A model generated the notes under the pieces. The model was not told the DNA's origin. It saw only the letters and a program-made list of their open reading frames with translations, and did not search any database. A stretch of 24,357 nucleotides of DNA, from IMG/VR virus record IMGVR_UViG_3300025875_000091, positions 1 to 24,357 of that record, one strand, 5' to 3'. This document shows, in pieces, positions 22,023-24,357 of this stretch. Positions within the stretch are counted from its first letter, which is position 1. Each line of letters begins with the position of its first letter. The DNA is from a virus (taxonomy: Duplodnaviria > Caudoviricetes). Both the position numbers and the translations under genes were made by a program.

Positions 22023-24357
22023 TCACGACGTGCGCTCGAAGGTCGCGGGCGTGCAGTGGCGGCAGGCGCGCCAGAACATCGCGGGCGGCACGAGGTCGCG
22101 CGGCTCGTCGCAGTCCGGGCACAGGTCGACCGGCGGCTGCTGCGCGAGGTCCGTCAGCAGGCTGTCGATCATGGAACTTTGTCCGTTTCGGCCTACCCTA
22201 CTGACTTCCAGGGTGGACACTTCTTCAGTGATCTTGTTCGGAAGAACATCGTTCCCGACGGGCGTAGGGTGGTCTGAAACGGACAAAGTTCCATCCTCCG
22301 GCGACTTAGTACCCGGTCCGGTCTCGGAACTGCCGACGTCCGGCCCGTCCCCGCCCGCCCCGGTCGACCACTCACTGCGCGGCTTCACGCGCAGGTTCCA
22401 TCCCCGCGACTTGCCGCTGCTGACCATCTCGACGACGCCGGGCACCATGCGCAGCCGATCGCGCACCTTCCCCTTCGCCATCGGCGTACGGCCCTCGTCG
22501 TCCGTCCAGTTGCGGAACGCGGTGTACAGCTCCGACGTCGTGCTCGCCGTCGAGTTCTCGACGATCTCGCAGCACTCGGCGACGAAGGCGCGGACGCGGT
22601 CAGACGCCTGCTCGAACTTCTCGCGCACGGCGGCGTTCGTGTCGAGCGCCTTCCCGCGCTCCGTCCGCCGCTGCCACGCCTTGACCCACCGCACGAGGAT
22701 GCCGGGCAGCTCTTCACGCAGGCGCGGTTCGAGCGTGTGATCCTCGCGCCCCGCGAACGAGTTCGGGAACAAGAACGGCTTGATGCGCTCGCTGTAGGCG
22801 CGGGACGACTCGCCGACCGTGGGCAGCTCGTTCGCGCTGAAGGCGAACAGCGCCCGGTTCGTGAACGCGAACTGCGAGCCGTACTTCCGGTTCGCCTGAA
22901 TCAAGTCTTCGCCGGTCATCAGCTTGAACATCGAGATGTCGTCGACGTGCGCGGCCTTCAGGTCGGCGGACACGTTCAGCGCCTTGCCGTACACGTTCGC
23001 AGCGGCGAAGCGGTCTTCGGCGAGCGCGTGCAGGCTGACGGCGCTCGTGTTCTCGTCGCCCGCGACGTCCTGCATCAGACGCAGGAACGTCGACTTGCCG
23101 GACCGCGACGGGCCGAACAGGAACACAGCCTTCGTGGGCGTCTGCGACGGGTCGATCATCATCGCGACCGACTCTTCGAGATCGTCGAGCTGATCGCCGA
23201 TCTGTTCCTTCGCCCACTGCTCGTAGGTCGGCGCGGTCGCGTTCGGGTCGTAGTCGACCGGGAACTGCACGCTCGACCGGTACTTCGGGTCGTGTGCCAG
23301 CAGCTCGCCGGTACGCAGGTCGACCATCCCGTTCCGGCAGTTCATCAGCGGCTCGTCGACGCGGTCGGTCAGGTAGTTGCCCGCCGCTGCCAGCCGACCG
23401 ACGGCGAACATCTCGGCGTTCGTCAGGTGCGACGACCGGAAGTCCTCGCCGAGCAGGTTCGTGACGGTCGACAGGAAACCCTTCCCGTCGATGCGGTACA
23501 CGCCGTCGATGTACAGCGCGATCTTGTCTTCGCGCGTGAGCGCAGCGGGCTGCGCGCCGACGACGTGCTCGGCGAGCGTCTGCACCTTCAACTTCTCGCC
23601 GTCGAAGAACGGCGAGCCGTCGCCGTCGTCGCTCGACTTCTTCGCCTTCGGCTTCGTCGCGGCGGGCAGCTCCGGCTTCTCGCTCTTCGGGCGGTTGCGC
23701 GTGAGTTCGATCAGCCGCGTGAGGTACTTCGTCCGGCGCTCCGGCGTCTCGGACGCGAGCACGTCGTCGAGACCGGTGCTCTTCGTGCCGGGCACGCGGA
23801 CGAAGCGGACGCTCTCGGCACCCTGCGCGATGCACGCTTCACGGAGCTGCACGCCTGCCGTGTAGACGTTCAGGTTCGACGCGGCGTCGGCGTCGAGCAC
23901 GATGAACACGTCGCGCCCGTCGACGACGGCGAGATCGCGCGTCGGCACGCCGCGCTTCATCCACGACTGCGCACCGGCGATGCCGTAGACGCTGAAGCCG
24001 ATCGGCGCGTACATCGACGCCGCGATCGTCTGACAGGTGCCTTCGACGATCATCACGGGCGCGTCGTCGTCGCCGACGCGAGCCGCGTTCAGGATCGACG
24101 GCGCGTCCTTCTCGAAGACGTACTTCTTCGTGTCGCCGTCGTACAGCACCGGCGTGTCGGGCCGAAGCTGATGCGTGACGGTCTCACCGTCCGGGGACCG
24201 GTACGGGAAGAGCAGTCCGGGCAGGTATCCGTTCGCCTGCGTCCAGTAGTCCGGCAGCCCGGCGGGCATGTCGGCGTCGGTCGCGATCGGGATCACGCCG
24301 AACTCGGCGGCAGCTTCGGCGGTGATGGCGCGCTTCGCGAGCGCGGTCACCTGCTCG
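22023..24357 (-). CDS. DNA primase-helicase (TOPRIM/DUF3854-like + D5-N + SF3 helicase, P4-alpha-type C-terminus); 5' end probably outside the window
   Basis: TOPRIM-like IVEG...LDAD, D5-N NCRNGMVDLRTGELLAHDP, Walker A GPSRSGKST, FKLMTGED..ANRKY..FSANELP, C-terminal CxxC...CxxC. The frame is open to the window edge. Confidence 0.92.
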   Translation of the reverse strand, partial: EQVTALAKRAITAEAAAEFGVIPIATDADMPAGLPDYWTQANGYLPGLLFPYRSPDGETVTHQLRPDTPVLYDGDTKKYVFEKDAPSILNAARVGDDDAPVMIVEGTCQTIAASMYAPIGFSVYGIAGAQSWMKRGVPTRDLAVVDGRDVFIVLDADAASNLNVYTAGVQLREACIAQGAESVRFVRVPGTKSTGLDDVLASETPERRTKYLTRLIELTRNRPKSEKPELPAATKPKAKKSSDDGDGSPFFDGEKLKVQTLAEHVVGAQPAALTREDKIALYIDGVYRIDGKGFLSTVTNLLGEDFRSSHLTNAEMFAVGRLAAAGNYLTDRVDEPLMNCRNGMVDLRTGELLAHDPKYRSSVQFPVDYDPNATAPTYEQWAKEQIGDQLDDLEESVAMMIDPSQTPTKAVFLFGPSRSGKSTFLRLMQDVAGDENTSAVSLHALAEDRFAAANVYGKALNVSADLKAAHVDDISMFKLMTGEDLIQANRKYGSQFAFTNRALFAFSANELPTVGESSRAYSERIKPFLFPNSFAGREDHTLEPRLREELPGILVRWVKAWQRRTERGKALDTNAAVREKFEQASDRVRAFVAECCEIVENSTASTTSELYTAFRNWTDDEGRTPMAKGKVRDRLRMVPGVVEMVSSGKSRGWNLRVKPRSEWSTGAGGDGPDVGSSETGPGTKSPEDGTLSVSDHPTPVGNDVLPNKITEEVSTLEVSRVGRNGQSSMIDSLLTDLAQQPPVDLCPDCDEPRDLVPPAMFWRACRHCTPATFERTS
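22172..22293. repeat. Inverted-arm element, copy B (inside the primase-helicase ORF)
   Basis: Same 29-bp left and right arms as 6181-6304, in the same orientation, around a 64-bp core. Confidence 0.95.

Noticed and set aside
22172-22293. Protelomerase telRL site, or a clean in-frame mobile insertion
   Set aside because: Known tel sites are uninterrupted palindromes and no protelomerase is visible. 122 bp is not a multiple of 3 and no duplication flanks it.
1-24357. tRNA, integrase/att, lysis genes, reverse transcriptase/DGR, genome terminus
   Set aside because: None recognised in this window. Lifestyle and packaging ends cannot be determined from it.

Overview
This is a segment of a high-GC (~70% by eye) tailed phage genome, most likely an actinobacterial siphovirus. 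All credible genes are on the minus strand; the long plus-strand ORFs are antisense shadows. In transcription order (right to left) the genes are: a P4/D5-type primase-helicase (cut by the window edge), a small membrane protein, family-A DNA polymerase, two tiny ORFs, endonuclease VII, an AlpA/Xis-like HTH protein, a 28-aa membrane peptide, small terminase, DUF1353, large terminase, a two-gene moron-like insert, portal, MuF-like protein, scaffold, major capsid, three extra genes, head-tail adaptor, stopper, tail terminator, an HK97 gp10-like protein, a hypothetical, major tail, tail chaperone pair, tape measure and two minor tail proteins (the last cut by the edge). Four signals stand out. (1) A ~123-bp element with 29-bp imperfect inverted arms occurs twice, 16 kb apart: once intergenic in the neck genes and once inside the primase-helicase ORF. 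The arms are identical between copies but the cores have diverged. (2) A candidate ruler-templated head/neck fibre module: a 739-aa protein with ~32 beta-strand-like 14-15-aa repeats, a 180-aa beta-rich subunit and an Ig-like domain fused to the head-tail adaptor. (3) The tail chaperone extension lies in the +1 frame, not the usual -1. (4) There is a set of -10-only, partly leaderless promoters. All functional calls come from motif recognition and gene order; no searches were run.
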